From Candidatus Woesearchaeota archaeon (lineage in GTDB: Archaea > Nanobdellota > Nanobdellia > Woesearchaeales > JAGVZT01), in contig JAGVZT010000001.1 of assembly GCA_018302335.1 (NCBI GenBank), positions 3,193 through 67,192 on the forward strand: DNA of 64,000 bases, written 5' to 3'. The notes under the pieces were generated by a model. It did no database searches. It worked only from the letters and a program-made list of their open reading frames with translations, and had not been told where the DNA came from. How positions within the stretch are numbered: position 1 is the stretch's first letter; each line of letters opens with the position of its first letter. A program made the position numbers and the translations under genes. Positions 9,383-19,673 of the stretch are shown here, piece after piece.

Positions 9383-10144
9383 ATGGGAACTGACAAGGGA
9401 ACGACTGCCAAAGCGCTCATCACGACGCTCCATCTGAAGAGCCCTCCGGTGGCCCTCACGAGAGTATCCGCCGCTCCTGCGGGAGTCCCGGCGCTCCGGG
9501 AGAAACTCCCCTCCAGCTGCGCCATGTGGCGACGGGCGGAGCACGGGGTATTCTACGCGAGCGCTGCGCAGCACATGGAATGCGCGGTCGGGGCGATGGT
9601 CATGGGCTTCTCCCTGAGCGGAGAGAAGCAGCAGGAGCTGATGTCGTTGGTGAAGCAGATGTGCGAGGTCTGCTACATCAAGGAGAGCGAGGTCCCGCAC
9701 ATCCCGCACTACACCGCTCCGGCCGATGGCATCGTCTACGGGCCGCTCTCGCGCTTTCCCCTCGAGCCCGACGCCGTGGTGCTGTGGCTTGATGCGCGCG
9801 GCGCGATGCTCCTCCAGGAGGCCCTCGGTGGAGCGGAATGGGGCGCCTCGCCCCAGGGCGCGGTCTTCGGCAGGCCGGGCTGCGCCGCGCTGCCCTTCGC
9901 GAAGGAGCACGGCTCCGCGGTCTCGCTGGGATGTGCAGGCATGCGCACCTTCACCGAGGTCAGCGGCGACCGTATGCTGGCGGTCGTCTCCGGGGAGAGG
10001 CTCTCCACTCTCGGGGAGCGCCTGCAGGTCGTCGCGAAGGCGAACGCGGCCATGCAGCTTCACTACGACCGGAAGAAGCGCGAGGTCAGAGCAGCGTCGG
10101 CAACTTCGCAAAAAACTCGCTCCGTGCATAGACGCGCGCGCTGA
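9383..10144 (+). CDS. conserved hypothetical protein (possibly DUF169 family)
   Basis: 253 aa with several conserved Cys (CAMW, MECAVGAM, CEVCYI, GCAALPF); no enzyme motif recognised. The family assignment is from memory and needs checking. Confidence 0.45.
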   Translation: MGTDKGTTAKALITTLHLKSPPVALTRVSAAPAGVPALREKLPSSCAMWRRAEHGVFYASAAQHMECAVGAMVMGFSLSGEKQQELMSLVKQMCEVCYIKESEVPHIPHYTAPADGIVYGPLSRFPLEPDAVVLWLDARGAMLLQEALGGAEWGASPQGAVFGRPGCAALPFAKEHGSAVSLGCAGMRTFTEVSGDRMLAVVSGERLSTLGERLQVVAKANAAMQLHYDRKKREVRAASATSQKTRSVHRRAR

Positions 10145-10385
10145 GCGCCCGGAGCTGGCCGATGCGCTCCTCAGCGGTGTGGCGCACGAAGGCCCGGCAT
10201 CGCGGCCCGAAGATTCTCGCCACGGAGAGGGCCTGCTGATGGCCGCCGTCCACGAGCACCACCTCGCTCCCCCTCGGGATGGCATCGGGCGAGGAGAAGA
10301 AATGCGCCTCCTTCCCGAGCTGGCGGAGCATCTCCTCGAGCTTCGCCCTGAAGAACAGCTCGTCGCAGAGGCACGCGACGGTCAT
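10086..10385 (-). CDS. hypothetical small protein (99 aa)
   Basis: Start MTVACLCDELFF preceded by GGAGGGAAGGAA (strong SD). 58-bp convergent overlap with the previous gene. Confidence 0.35.
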   Translation of the reverse strand: MTVACLCDELFFRAKLEEMLRQLGKEAHFFSSPDAIPRGSEVVLVDGGHQQALSVARIFGPRCRAFVRHTAEERIGQLRALSARVYARSEFFAKLPTLL

Positions 10386-10792
10386 TTCCTTCCCTCCGGC
10401 GGGATGATGACCCACGCGATGACGTACGCGAGGATGCCGTTGACGAAGCCCGTGAACACCGTGAGGAGCGCGAAGACCAGGCGCACCATGGCGGTGTCAT
10501 AGCCAAGATAGCGTGCGACGCCCGCGCACACTCCCGCGACGATGCGGTTGTCCTTCGGCCGCGCGAGGGCGGGTCTCCTGCCTTTCCGCAAGGCGGGCGC
10601 CTTCTTGTACGCGATGAGCAGATAGAGCGCGGCGCCGATGATGTTCAGGAACACGACGACCAGGACCCAGAGCAGTTTCTCGTCGTTCGGCATGTCGCTC
10701 CGCATGACCTCGACAAGGACCCATATCCAGAAGATGGCAGCGAGGAGGGCGAGGCCCATCATGCCGAACATCCACGTGCCGCTGAGGAACAT
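10382..10792 (-). CDS. small membrane protein with PLD-nuclease N-terminal TM domain plus PspC domain
   Basis: 137 aa from MFLSGTWMFG. N-terminal part LWVLVVVFLNIIGAALYLLIAYKK resembles PLDc_N; the C-terminus IAGVCAGVARYLGYDTAMVRLVFALLTVFTGF is a PspC domain. TATA-like ctttttattgg sits about 30 bp upstream. Confidence 0.6.
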   Translation of the reverse strand: MFLSGTWMFGMMGLALLAAIFWIWVLVEVMRSDMPNDEKLLWVLVVVFLNIIGAALYLLIAYKKAPALRKGRRPALARPKDNRIVAGVCAGVARYLGYDTAMVRLVFALLTVFTGFVNGILAYVIAWVIIPPEGRK

Positions 10793-10956
10793 GGAAGGAG
10801 GGTGCCGGCTGCCAATAAAAAGCTTGCGTCCTGCGCGAGTGGAAGATGAGCGCTTCCTCGGCCGGAAGGCCGTACGGTATCCGGGTGGTCTCGCCGGAAT
10901 CCCGGACACGCTCCCCAGCGCGGCCGACTCTGCCTTTCACTGAGCCGTCCGGCGCG

Positions 10957-12168
10957 TTACGAGACTCGCTCCATGCGACCATGCACCAGCGCGGTGCCCA
11001 GCGTGGCGAACAGGGTGGTGGAGAGGACCAGGAGCAGTACAATCTCCACGAGGTTGTCGATGACCAGGCCCGCCTGGAGGGCGAACAGCGCGATGAGGGT
11101 CGAGGTGAATCCGCGCGCGACCATCACCGTGATGACGGGGACGCCACCCTGGTAGAGAGGGAACAGGCGGACGAGCGCCCTTGCCGCGAGGTAGCGGGCG
11201 GCGAGCTGCGTCAGGGTGAGCATCCCCACCACCAGGAGAATCTCCCCCCGCAGGCTGCTGGGGCTGAACACCACCCCGAGAAAGACGAAGAAGAGGGTGC
11301 GCATCAGGAAGGTCAGCTCGTTGTTCACGGTGCGCACCATCCAGACATCGCGCTGCAGGGGGGTGAGCAGCCTGCCCACGAGCGCCGCATTGTTCAGCTT
11401 GCCCAGGACCGAGGGATAATTCCCGAGGAAGAGGCTGAAGGCCAGGACGACCAGCGCACCGTTGTACCCGAGGAACTGGCTCCCGTCATAGATGACCAGC
11501 GCCATGCCCAGGGTGAAGACATAGGTGAGCCGGTGGCTGGGAAGGTAGCGCAGGAAGAGGAACGCCCAGACCCCTCCGGCGAGCAGGCCGAGCGCCGGGG
11601 ACATGACCAGTTCATTGAACACAAGCCGATGGATTAGGGGGGCGGGGCCTGCCCGCGCCAGGGAGATGAGGATGGTCGCCGCAGCGATGAGCGTCACGTC
11701 ATTGAGGATGCTCTCCAGCACCAGCAGGGTCTTGGTGTCTTCTCCCACCTTCAGCTGCGCGAGGAGGTGGGTCACGGTGATGGTGGTGGTGCCGCTCCCG
11801 ACGATGCCGAGGAAGATGCCGTTGAGCAGCGGCCAGTGGAAGCCGAGGACCGTGACCAGGGTGACCAGCGCCGTGGTGAGCAGCAGCACGAGCACCGTGA
11901 GGAAGAGCGCCCCGCTCGCGTTGCGGATGGTCTTGGCGAGGTCGAGGGACAGCCCGCTCTCCAGCAGGACCAGCACCAGGGCCAGGGAGAGGAGGAAGCC
12001 GGCCTTGTCGAGGAAGAAGGCGGGGGCCACCACGTTGAAGACCGGCCCGACGAGGATGCCGATGACCATCAGGAAGACGGACTCGGGAATCCGGGTCTTG
12101 CTGAAGAGCACGTTCCCCACGAAGCCGACCAGGATGATGACGCCGAGCAGGAGCAGGCCGCTTGCCAT
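10957..12168 (-). CDS. nhaP: Na+/H+ antiporter (CPA1, NhaP type)
   Basis: 404 aa from MASGLLLLGVIILVGF; 11-12 TM helices with CPA1 motifs (ESILNDVTLIAAATI, ATDP-like region). TATA gctttatatg centred about 27 bp upstream of the ATG (leaderless). Confidence 0.85.
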   Translation of the reverse strand: MASGLLLLGVIILVGFVGNVLFSKTRIPESVFLMVIGILVGPVFNVVAPAFFLDKAGFLLSLALVLVLLESGLSLDLAKTIRNASGALFLTVLVLLLTTALVTLVTVLGFHWPLLNGIFLGIVGSGTTTITVTHLLAQLKVGEDTKTLLVLESILNDVTLIAAATILISLARAGPAPLIHRLVFNELVMSPALGLLAGGVWAFLFLRYLPSHRLTYVFTLGMALVIYDGSQFLGYNGALVVLAFSLFLGNYPSVLGKLNNAALVGRLLTPLQRDVWMVRTVNNELTFLMRTLFFVFLGVVFSPSSLRGEILLVVGMLTLTQLAARYLAARALVRLFPLYQGGVPVITVMVARGFTSTLIALFALQAGLVIDNLVEIVLLLVLSTTLFATLGTALVHGRMERVS

Positions 12169-12223
12169 GCCGCCTTCCAGCCGGAGGTGGCATATAAAGC
12201 TTACCGCCCGGAAAGTCCCCATC

Positions 12224-12283
12224 GGCCGCATTGCCGCGCGCTTTCCGCGCTGTCGTGATTCCGCGCTCAGCAACGCGGCCGGC
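12224..12283 (+). repeat. hairpin-forming intergenic element, divergent copy E of the dispersed family
   Basis: cggccgcattgccgcgcg...cgcgctcagcaacgcggccgg: imperfect inverted repeat sharing the CGGCCGCATTGC terminal motif with copies at 20757, 37031, 45414, 46371 and 54607. Confidence 0.5.
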
Positions 12284-12446
12284 TGTCGCCACATTTTTTT
12301 ACACCGCGCGGAGGCAACGTTTAAATATCCGGATGCCGTTCTTCCGTCGGGATGGACAGGCGTGGGAGAATTATGCGCGAAGCCATGAGCACGCTCTCAG
12401 CGACGGCGCTGACGTTCGGGGTGCTCTGGCTCGTGGCGAACGTCAT

Positions 12447-13301
12447 CTAGTAATCGGAGAGAGTTGCTGACCCGGCTCCTCCTTTCACGTATCGTTCTGC
12501 GAAGTCCTTCAGGATATCCGGACCTTTCGACGCGCCGATGCGCACCACGCGGGCGGTGTCTCCGTTGAGCTGCCCTTTCGAGTCGAGGATTCCCGCTGCG
12601 AGGAGCATCTGGAGCGCGGTCCGCGCATCCCCGATGCCGCCCGAGGCCTTCACCCCGATAGGGTTCCTCGCATGGTAGGGTCCCACGGCGTCGCGCATCC
12701 AGGAGATGAATTCGAAGGTCGCGCCCTTGGGGATGCCCGCCTGGGGCTGGCCGAAGCCCGTGGAGCTCTTGACGAAATCAGCATGCTCCTGCTTCGCGAT
12801 GCGGCAGGCCTCCTGGATGAGCTCCTTCTCCTGGAGGTAGCAGGTCTCGATGATGACCTTGACCAGGCGCGGGTCCTGCGCGAGCATGTTGACCCTGTCG
12901 CGGACGGCGAGGACCATGCGTATCTCGTTGCGCACATCCTCGAAGTCGCGCTCCAGCGCGGAGGAGATGTCGATGACCATGTCCACCTCGTGCGCGCCGT
13001 TCATGAAGGCATCCTCGGCCTGCTTGACCTTGACGTGTGGGGTGTCTGCGCCGAGAGGGAAGCCGATGACGGTGCATATCCTCACCGCGGAGTTCTCCAG
13101 GACCTTCCGCGCGAGCAGCACGTCGTCGCCGTTGATGCAGACGCTCGCGGCGCCCATCTCCCTCGCCTCCTGGCAGAGCAGCTCGATGTCCTTCCTGCGC
13201 GCGGTCGCGGAGAGGTTGGTGTGGTCGATGAGGGCCGCGAAGCCCTTGGGGCCGAGCTTGCCGGCGAGGGCCGTCAGGTCACCGTCGGAGGGGAGCTGCA
13301 T
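12447..13301 (-). CDS. deoC: deoxyribose-phosphate aldolase
   Basis: 285 aa from MQLPSDGDLTALAG; FAALIDHTNL, VCTVIGFPLG and Schiff-base lysine region DFVKSSTGFG. TATA gcttaaaatc lies about 30 bp upstream. Confidence 0.8.
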   Translation of the reverse strand: MQLPSDGDLTALAGKLGPKGFAALIDHTNLSATARRKDIELLCQEAREMGAASVCINGDDVLLARKVLENSAVRICTVIGFPLGADTPHVKVKQAEDAFMNGAHEVDMVIDISSALERDFEDVRNEIRMVLAVRDRVNMLAQDPRLVKVIIETCYLQEKELIQEACRIAKQEHADFVKSSTGFGQPQAGIPKGATFEFISWMRDAVGPYHARNPIGVKASGGIGDARTALQMLLAAGILDSKGQLNGDTARVVRIGASKGPDILKDFAERYVKGGAGSATLSDY

Positions 13302-13507
13302 GCTGTTCCGTGACGCGGCCGAGATTTTAAGCGTTGCGCCGGACGCCGGGGAAAACATACCCGTTCGGCCGTGCTGCTGGGAATTTCCGGCATGACGAGA
13401 CCCCCGGGACTTCCGCGTCACTGCGGCCGGCATTTCATGAAGTTCAGCGCTGCCGACGGGAAAACTATTTAAACCACGGCAGGACGGGCTCAGGCGAGGT
13501 GGCGCTC

Positions 13508-14763
<1,256 letters not shown>

Positions 14764-14764
<1 letters not shown>

Positions 14765-14813
14765 GTGGTATCAACTGATACCACTTGAACTATTTTGATA
14801 CCATCTGGTATCA
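14764..14813. promoter_or_regulatory. two adjacent perfect palindromes sharing a GGTATCA core (terminator or DNA-binding site)
   Basis: AGTGGTATCA-AC-TGATACCACT (14764-14785) and TGATACCA-TC-TGGTATCA (14796-14813), separated by a T-rich stretch, lying between convergent ahcY and a minus-strand membrane-protein gene. Confidence 0.5.
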
Positions 14814-14838
14814 GAAAAGTTTATGGCCGCCCAGTGAG

Positions 14839-15480
14839 TCAGTCCGAGACTCGCAGGTACTCCAGTTCCATCTCGCCCGTCCGCGCGTGGTAGCGCAGGA
14901 CCAGCTGGCCGTCAGCGTCGACAGGACAGGCGATGTCCGCGCTCGCCGGGAGGAGGAGCATGCCCTTCACGAGCACGCTGTTTTTACCGCACCACAGCTC
15001 TCCCGTGCCGAGCTGTCCCCAGGGGGTGTACAACTGAACACGCGCCTCGCCCGGTGGAAGGCCTGAGAGCCGGAACTCCAGCGGGGCGCTGTCCGCGGAG
15101 ACCACTTCGTCCAGGCGGATGTCCTGCTCTCCCAGGAGTTCGTACACCACAGCCGTACGTGAGGACTGCGGTTCCTCCTGGGGGAGGTAGCTCAATGCAA
15201 TCCCGCATCCGGCTCCGGCGAGGAAAAGCGGCAGTGCCACTCTGAAGGCGGCGCCCACAAGACGTTGGTAGCACGTCGGAGGAGCTGGCTCGAAGCTCAG
15301 CGCTGGCTGGCCGTTCCTGAGAATTTCAACCTTCCCGTCAGGATGGCGCCGCTGCTCCCATCCCTGGGTGCTCTTCACCACGAGGGTGCCGTCATCCTCG
15401 CGCGTGACGGTATCATCGATGCCAATCCGATGGGGGTCATATGAGAAGACATCGCCGCTGGAATCTATGTCCTTGTCCAT
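14839..15480 (-). CDS. hypothetical single-pass membrane protein
   Basis: 213 aa from MDKDIDSSG, with SD GAGGTGA 8 nt upstream. Central TM helix AAFRVALPLFLAGAGCGIALSYL. Last gene of a four-gene minus-strand operon. Confidence 0.5.
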   Translation of the reverse strand: MDKDIDSSGDVFSYDPHRIGIDDTVTREDDGTLVVKSTQGWEQRRHPDGKVEILRNGQPALSFEPAPPTCYQRLVGAAFRVALPLFLAGAGCGIALSYLPQEEPQSSRTAVVYELLGEQDIRLDEVVSADSAPLEFRLSGLPPGEARVQLYTPWGQLGTGELWCGKNSVLVKGMLLLPASADIACPVDADGQLVLRYHARTGEMELEYLRVSD

Positions 15481-15485
15481 TGCGT

Positions 15486-16382
15486 TCACCTCACGCATGC
15501 TGCCGGCTCGTCCCGGCCGAAGACTTTCTCCACATAGTACATCGTCGCGCAGCTGGCCACTCGGCCGAACATGCCTCCCCGCTCCGTGCCGTAACGCTCC
15601 GTCATGTAGCCGAGCAGGTCGCCCCCGCACGAGACGCCGTTGTACGCGCGAGCCATGACCTCCTCCGGAGCGGTGTACCAGCGGTCGATGAGCACGTCAT
15701 CCCTGCCGTCAGGGTCACCGAAAAAAGGGCCCGCATTCCCGAAGACGCCGACGCAGACGTAATGAATGGCTCCAGCGGGTTCTGCGGCGCTTGCCGGCCT
15801 GGTCTCGAAGCCGTTCGCGGACGCGATGGCGACTCCCTGGCTTCGCTTGCGGAGCAGCACCTGGGCGCCGAGCTCCACGTTGTCCGACTCGTCATACGCG
15901 TCGAGCCGATGGCCATCAACGATACTCTCTCCGGTGACGCCGGGCATGACCTGGCCGATTCCTATCGCTCCGGCGTACGAACGCTTGACCTCTCCTCCGC
16001 TGGTGTGTTGCAGGTTGGATTCGATGCGCCAGAGGTCGGTGAGGAAATCCTCGCGGATGCCATAGAGGCATCCGACGCTCGCGATGCGCTCCTCGACGGA
16101 GCCGGCCTCCGCAGGGATGCCGCAGCTGTTCTGCGGCGCCGCCCTCTCCGGCTCGTCCTGAGGGACCTCCTGCGGGGCCATCAGAATGGGCGTCTCCTGC
16201 TCGACCAGTTGCCAGGCGTCGTCGAGCATGGCCGGGTCGAGGAGGAAGCCCTGCATGTACTCGGGGACCTGCGGTTCCGGCCGCGCGAACAGGGAGGACG
16301 CGCGGTGCGCGCCGTATCCGAGGAGCGCCGCCGCAAGCGCCCCTGCGGCGAGGCGCCTAGCGCCTGCGCTTCCGAAGTGCAT
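15486..16382 (-). CDS. secreted lytic transglycosylase (SLT domain) protein
   Basis: 298 aa from MHFGSAGARRLAAGALAAALLGYGAHRA (signal peptide). SLT signature IESNLQHTSGGEVKRSYAGAIGIGQVMPGVT (catalytic E-S ... S.AGA.G..Q.MP.T) plus downstream AYDESDNVELGAQVL and AYNGVSCGG motifs. Confidence 0.6.
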   Translation of the reverse strand: MHFGSAGARRLAAGALAAALLGYGAHRASSLFARPEPQVPEYMQGFLLDPAMLDDAWQLVEQETPILMAPQEVPQDEPERAAPQNSCGIPAEAGSVEERIASVGCLYGIREDFLTDLWRIESNLQHTSGGEVKRSYAGAIGIGQVMPGVTGESIVDGHRLDAYDESDNVELGAQVLLRKRSQGVAIASANGFETRPASAAEPAGAIHYVCVGVFGNAGPFFGDPDGRDDVLIDRWYTAPEEVMARAYNGVSCGGDLLGYMTERYGTERGGMFGRVASCATMYYVEKVFGRDEPAACVR

Positions 16383-16899
16383 AGGCTCCACCGAGGGCTG
16401 CTGCGCTGAGACCCGCCCAGCATGCGAGGGGTATCCTGCTGTCCTCCGGCGCCTGGCCGGTGAGCCCGAGGGTGCTGCGGATTGCCTCGGTGTCCTCGGA
16501 GAGGCGCGCCGCCTGGAGCCTCTCGGTGACGCGCTCCCGGCACGACAGGATGTCAGCGCGCGCCGCGGGGGAGAGCATGACGTACACGCCAGGCTCCAGT
16601 GAGGCATCGCACTCCGGGGCATAGGGTATCGTTGTGTCCTCCATGGCAGCCGCCTCGAGCGCGAGCCCGTCGCTGTCGTGGGAGCGGAACTGGAGCATCG
16701 CCCCCTGCTCCCCTTCCATGGGAAGCATCACCACATATGATGAGGTCATCCTGCTGCGTTCATCGTCGAGGATCGCCTGCGAGCCCTGTACCCCGCCGAT
16801 GGCGTACGCCGCAGCGAGGGCGAGGGCCGCGCCGCCGAGAAGCGCGATGCGCCTCTCGCCGAGATTCCGGACCTTTTCCATAAGTGCCATGCTGCTCAC
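16357..16899 (-). CDS. hypothetical membrane/secreted protein
   Basis: N-terminal TM/signal IALLGGAALALAAAYAIGG and C-terminal hydrophobic anchor LACWAGLSAAALGGAYAL; no domain recognised. Confidence 0.45.
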   Translation of the reverse strand: MSSMALMEKVRNLGERRIALLGGAALALAAAYAIGGVQGSQAILDDERSRMTSSYVVMLPMEGEQGAMLQFRSHDSDGLALEAAAMEDTTIPYAPECDASLEPGVYVMLSPAARADILSCRERVTERLQAARLSEDTEAIRSTLGLTGQAPEDSRIPLACWAGLSAAALGGAYALRKRRR

Positions 16900-17825
16900 C
16901 TCTCCACGTCGATGCCGCTCAGGGTGATGGTGCCATGCGCCTTCACCTCGATGCGGAGCTCTCCCCCTGCCGGGACCGTCCCGTCAAGGGCGAGGGTGCC
17001 GTCGCCGTACATGCTCTCGCTCTCGCAGGAGCCATTGACGCATGCCTCGATGGTGCCGAAGCCGCTGTCCACTCCGGGCTGGTAGCGCACAAGGACACGG
17101 ACCGAGCCCGGAGCGAGTCCATTGAGCACTGCCTCCGCGCTTCCGGAGGAAGTCCAGATGTAGTCGCCATAGCCGCTCTTGAGCCACTCGCCCGAGCGCC
17201 GTACTTCGTCGTAGGAGAGGTGCACGGTATCGCCCGGACCGCTGTCCGGTGGCGTCGGCTGCTCGCTAGACTCCTGCAGCATGGGCTCCTTCGGGAGGTC
17301 GGCTGCGCGCCGCACCAGCTCGGTGTAGAAGCCGAGCGTCTCGCGCTCGTCGTCGCTCAGCTCCGCGATGGCCGCGCCGAAGGCGTCCCGCCTGATGAGG
17401 GTGGCGAGGTCGGGCGAAGCATATGCGGCGATGCGCTTCCCGTCCACGCTGAGTTCGGCCTGGCACCACGGGCCGAGCTGGGCGCAGGCATTCGCGAGGA
17501 ATGGCAGCTGGATGCCGTCGCTGAAAGGGGAGTCCGCGCGCTGCTCCGCGCCGAGCCACTCCTGAAAACGCCCGCGGTCAAAGCTGAGGAACATCCCGCC
17601 GGTGACATAGGGACTTCCGTCCGCGGACTCCTGCCCGTCCGGGCCCACGCGCACCTCGCGGAACGCAAGCAGATAGTGAGATGGGACCTCCTGGTTGATG
17701 AGCGTATTTCCAGACCTCGCTTCCGCGAGCGCAGGCCCGAGGGTGAGTCTCCCCACGCCGTACGCGGCGCCGAGCGCGGCGATGCCCAGGGCGCCATAGA
17801 GCGCGATTCTGCGGCCGGTGTCCAT
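16896..17825 (-). CDS. hypothetical secreted protein
   Basis: ~309 aa from MDTGRRIALYGALGIAALGAAYG (signal/anchor). SD GGAGGTGA upstream and TATA-like cttttaagtgtttaacc further upstream. First gene of the operon. Confidence 0.5.
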   Translation of the reverse strand: MDTGRRIALYGALGIAALGAAYGVGRLTLGPALAEARSGNTLINQEVPSHYLLAFREVRVGPDGQESADGSPYVTGGMFLSFDRGRFQEWLGAEQRADSPFSDGIQLPFLANACAQLGPWCQAELSVDGKRIAAYASPDLATLIRRDAFGAAIAELSDDERETLGFYTELVRRAADLPKEPMLQESSEQPTPPDSGPGDTVHLSYDEVRRSGEWLKSGYGDYIWTSSGSAEAVLNGLAPGSVRVLVRYQPGVDSGFGTIEACVNGSCESESMYGDGTLALDGTVPAGGELRIEVKAHGTITLSGIDVER

Positions 17826-17928
17826 ATCATTCACCTCCTGAATATCGCCACTATGGAATGGTTAAACACTTAAAAGCGTTTCGGTCAGTTCCTGTCTCTT
17901 GCACAGCCATCCAAACATTTAAGAGGCG

Positions 17929-18366
17929 ATGCGAACCCATGCATCCGACGGCACGCGGCCGAAGACCATGGAGGCAGTCATCCACGGACCGATACGCAAG
18001 AAGCAGCTCCCCCAGGAGATTGAAGTATGGTATGTCCTTCCTGCGTTGCGCCGGGAGTATGCGAAAGTCTTCATCTCCGAGCACCATCTCAGCCAGAGGC
18101 AGGTCGCTGCCAGGCTCAAGGTGACTGAGGCGGCGATATCGCAGTACATCAATGGCAAGCGCGGGGATGTGGTGCACTTCAGCGAGAAGGTGCTCGAGGA
18201 GGTGCGCAAGTCTGCCGCCGCCATCGTGGGCGGCAAGGCAGAGCTGTTCCGTGAGCTCGAGCGCGTCAGCCGCACCATCTCGGTGAAGCGCATTGTCTGC
18301 GAGATGTGCCGCAGCTCGAACCAGGGTCTCGATGACTGCGAGATATGCTTCGATGGAAATCATTAA
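17929..18366 (+). CDS. HTH (XRE-like) transcriptional regulator with C-terminal zinc ribbon
   Basis: 145 aa; helix-turn-helix QRQVAARLKVTEAAISQYINGKRG and a terminal CEMCRSSNQGLDDCEIC ribbon. TATA catttaagag is centred about 23 bp upstream of the ATG (leaderless). Confidence 0.6.
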   Translation: MRTHASDGTRPKTMEAVIHGPIRKKQLPQEIEVWYVLPALRREYAKVFISEHHLSQRQVAARLKVTEAAISQYINGKRGDVVHFSEKVLEEVRKSAAAIVGGKAELFRELERVSRTISVKRIVCEMCRSSNQGLDDCEICFDGNH

Positions 18367-18395
18367 AAACTCCCGACCCCCCATCGTGTACCTTG

Positions 18396-19673
18396 ATGGG
18401 GAGCAGCGCATCTGAGGTGCGGGATGCGCAGAGCTGTCTTCTGCACGGCGCACGGATGCTCGTGCGGGGAAGGCTGCTCCGGCGCGACATTCTCATAGAG
18501 CGCGGGAAGTTCTCGCGAGTGTTCAAGGCGAGCAAGAGCGCGCAGTTCAGCGGAGGGCGGATGGACTGCAGGAATCTCATCGCTCTTCCCGGGCTCATCG
18601 ACGCGCATGTGCACTTCCGGGAGCCCGGTTCCTCGCACAAGGAGGACTGGTATACGGGAAGCGCAGCGGCCGCGGCGGGAGGGGTCACGACGGTGCTGGA
18701 CATGCCCAACACGCTTCCTCCCACCCTGACGTTCGCCGAGCTGGAGCGCAAGCGCGGCCTTGCCCGGAAGAGCCTCGTGGACTACGGCTTCCACCTCGGG
18801 GCGTCGCTCGCTCACCCGAACGCCTGCGCAGACCATCCCCTGCTGGAGCAGGTGGCCGGAGTCAAGTTCTACTTCAACGAGACCACGGGAAACCTGCGCA
18901 TCGCGCTCTACGACAACGGCCGCGACCGGGTGACGTCGATGATGCGCGCCCTCGTCAAGTCGCGCGTTCCTGCGGTGCTGCACGCAGAGGGAAATGCCGC
19001 GCGCGATGCCCTGGAGCTGGTCAGGCGCGCAGGGTGCAGTGCGGTCGTTGCGCACACCCCGGGAAGGGCGGAGCTCTCGCACATCGCCGAGGCCCGGTCG
19101 CGCGGCGCGTCGGTCCGCTGCGAGGTGGCTCCCCATCACCTCTTCCTCAGCAAGGAGAACCTTCGCCAGCTCGGGACATTTGCGGTGATGAAGCCGCCTC
19201 TGGGAAGCAGGCTCGACCAGACCGCGCTCTGGGACGCGGTGCGCTCGCGAACGGCGGACCTCATCGCCAGCGACCACGCCCCGCACACCTCCGCGGAGAA
19301 GCTGCTGGACAAGGCCCCCTTCGGAGTCCCCGGGCTGGAGACCACCCTGCCGCTCCTCCTCGACGCGCAGCACCGCGGACTGCTTTCCCTGCAGGACATC
19401 CAGCGGCTGTGCAGCGAGTCTCCTGCGAGCGTCTTCGGCCTCAAGGAAAAGGGGCGCATCGCCGAGGGCTTCGATGCGGACCTTGTGCTCGTGGACCCCG
19501 GCCTTGAGCAGAAGGTCCAGAATGGGAAGCTGCACACCAAGTGTGGCTGGTCCCCGTTCCACGGCAGGCTGCTGAAAGGCTGGCCGGTGATGACCTTCGT
19601 GCGCGGCCAGCTCGTCTTCCGCCAGGGTGAAGTGCTGCAGTCCTCTGGCAGGGAGGTGCGGTATGCCCGCTGA
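18396..19673 (+). CDS. pyrC: dihydroorotase (cyclic amidohydrolase family)
   Basis: Metal-binding GLIDAHVHFREPG, the hydrophobic VLDMPNT region and C-terminal DHAPH. TATA cattaaaaac is about 26 bp upstream of ATG 18396. The track ORF starts earlier inside the previous gene. Confidence 0.8.
   Translation: MGSSASEVRDAQSCLLHGARMLVRGRLLRRDILIERGKFSRVFKASKSAQFSGGRMDCRNLIALPGLIDAHVHFREPGSSHKEDWYTGSAAAAAGGVTTVLDMPNTLPPTLTFAELERKRGLARKSLVDYGFHLGASLAHPNACADHPLLEQVAGVKFYFNETTGNLRIALYDNGRDRVTSMMRALVKSRVPAVLHAEGNAARDALELVRRAGCSAVVAHTPGRAELSHIAEARSRGASVRCEVAPHHLFLSKENLRQLGTFAVMKPPLGSRLDQTALWDAVRSRTADLIASDHAPHTSAEKLLDKAPFGVPGLETTLPLLLDAQHRGLLSLQDIQRLCSESPASVFGLKEKGRIAEGFDADLVLVDPGLEQKVQNGKLHTKCGWSPFHGRLLKGWPVMTFVRGQLVFRQGEVLQSSGREVRYAR

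Noticed and set aside
11603-12388. Three overlapping ORFs (261, 197, 163 aa) on both strands
   Set aside because: All lie within the NhaP antiporter gene, which has clear TM-helix composition; the alternatives are R/P/G-rich.
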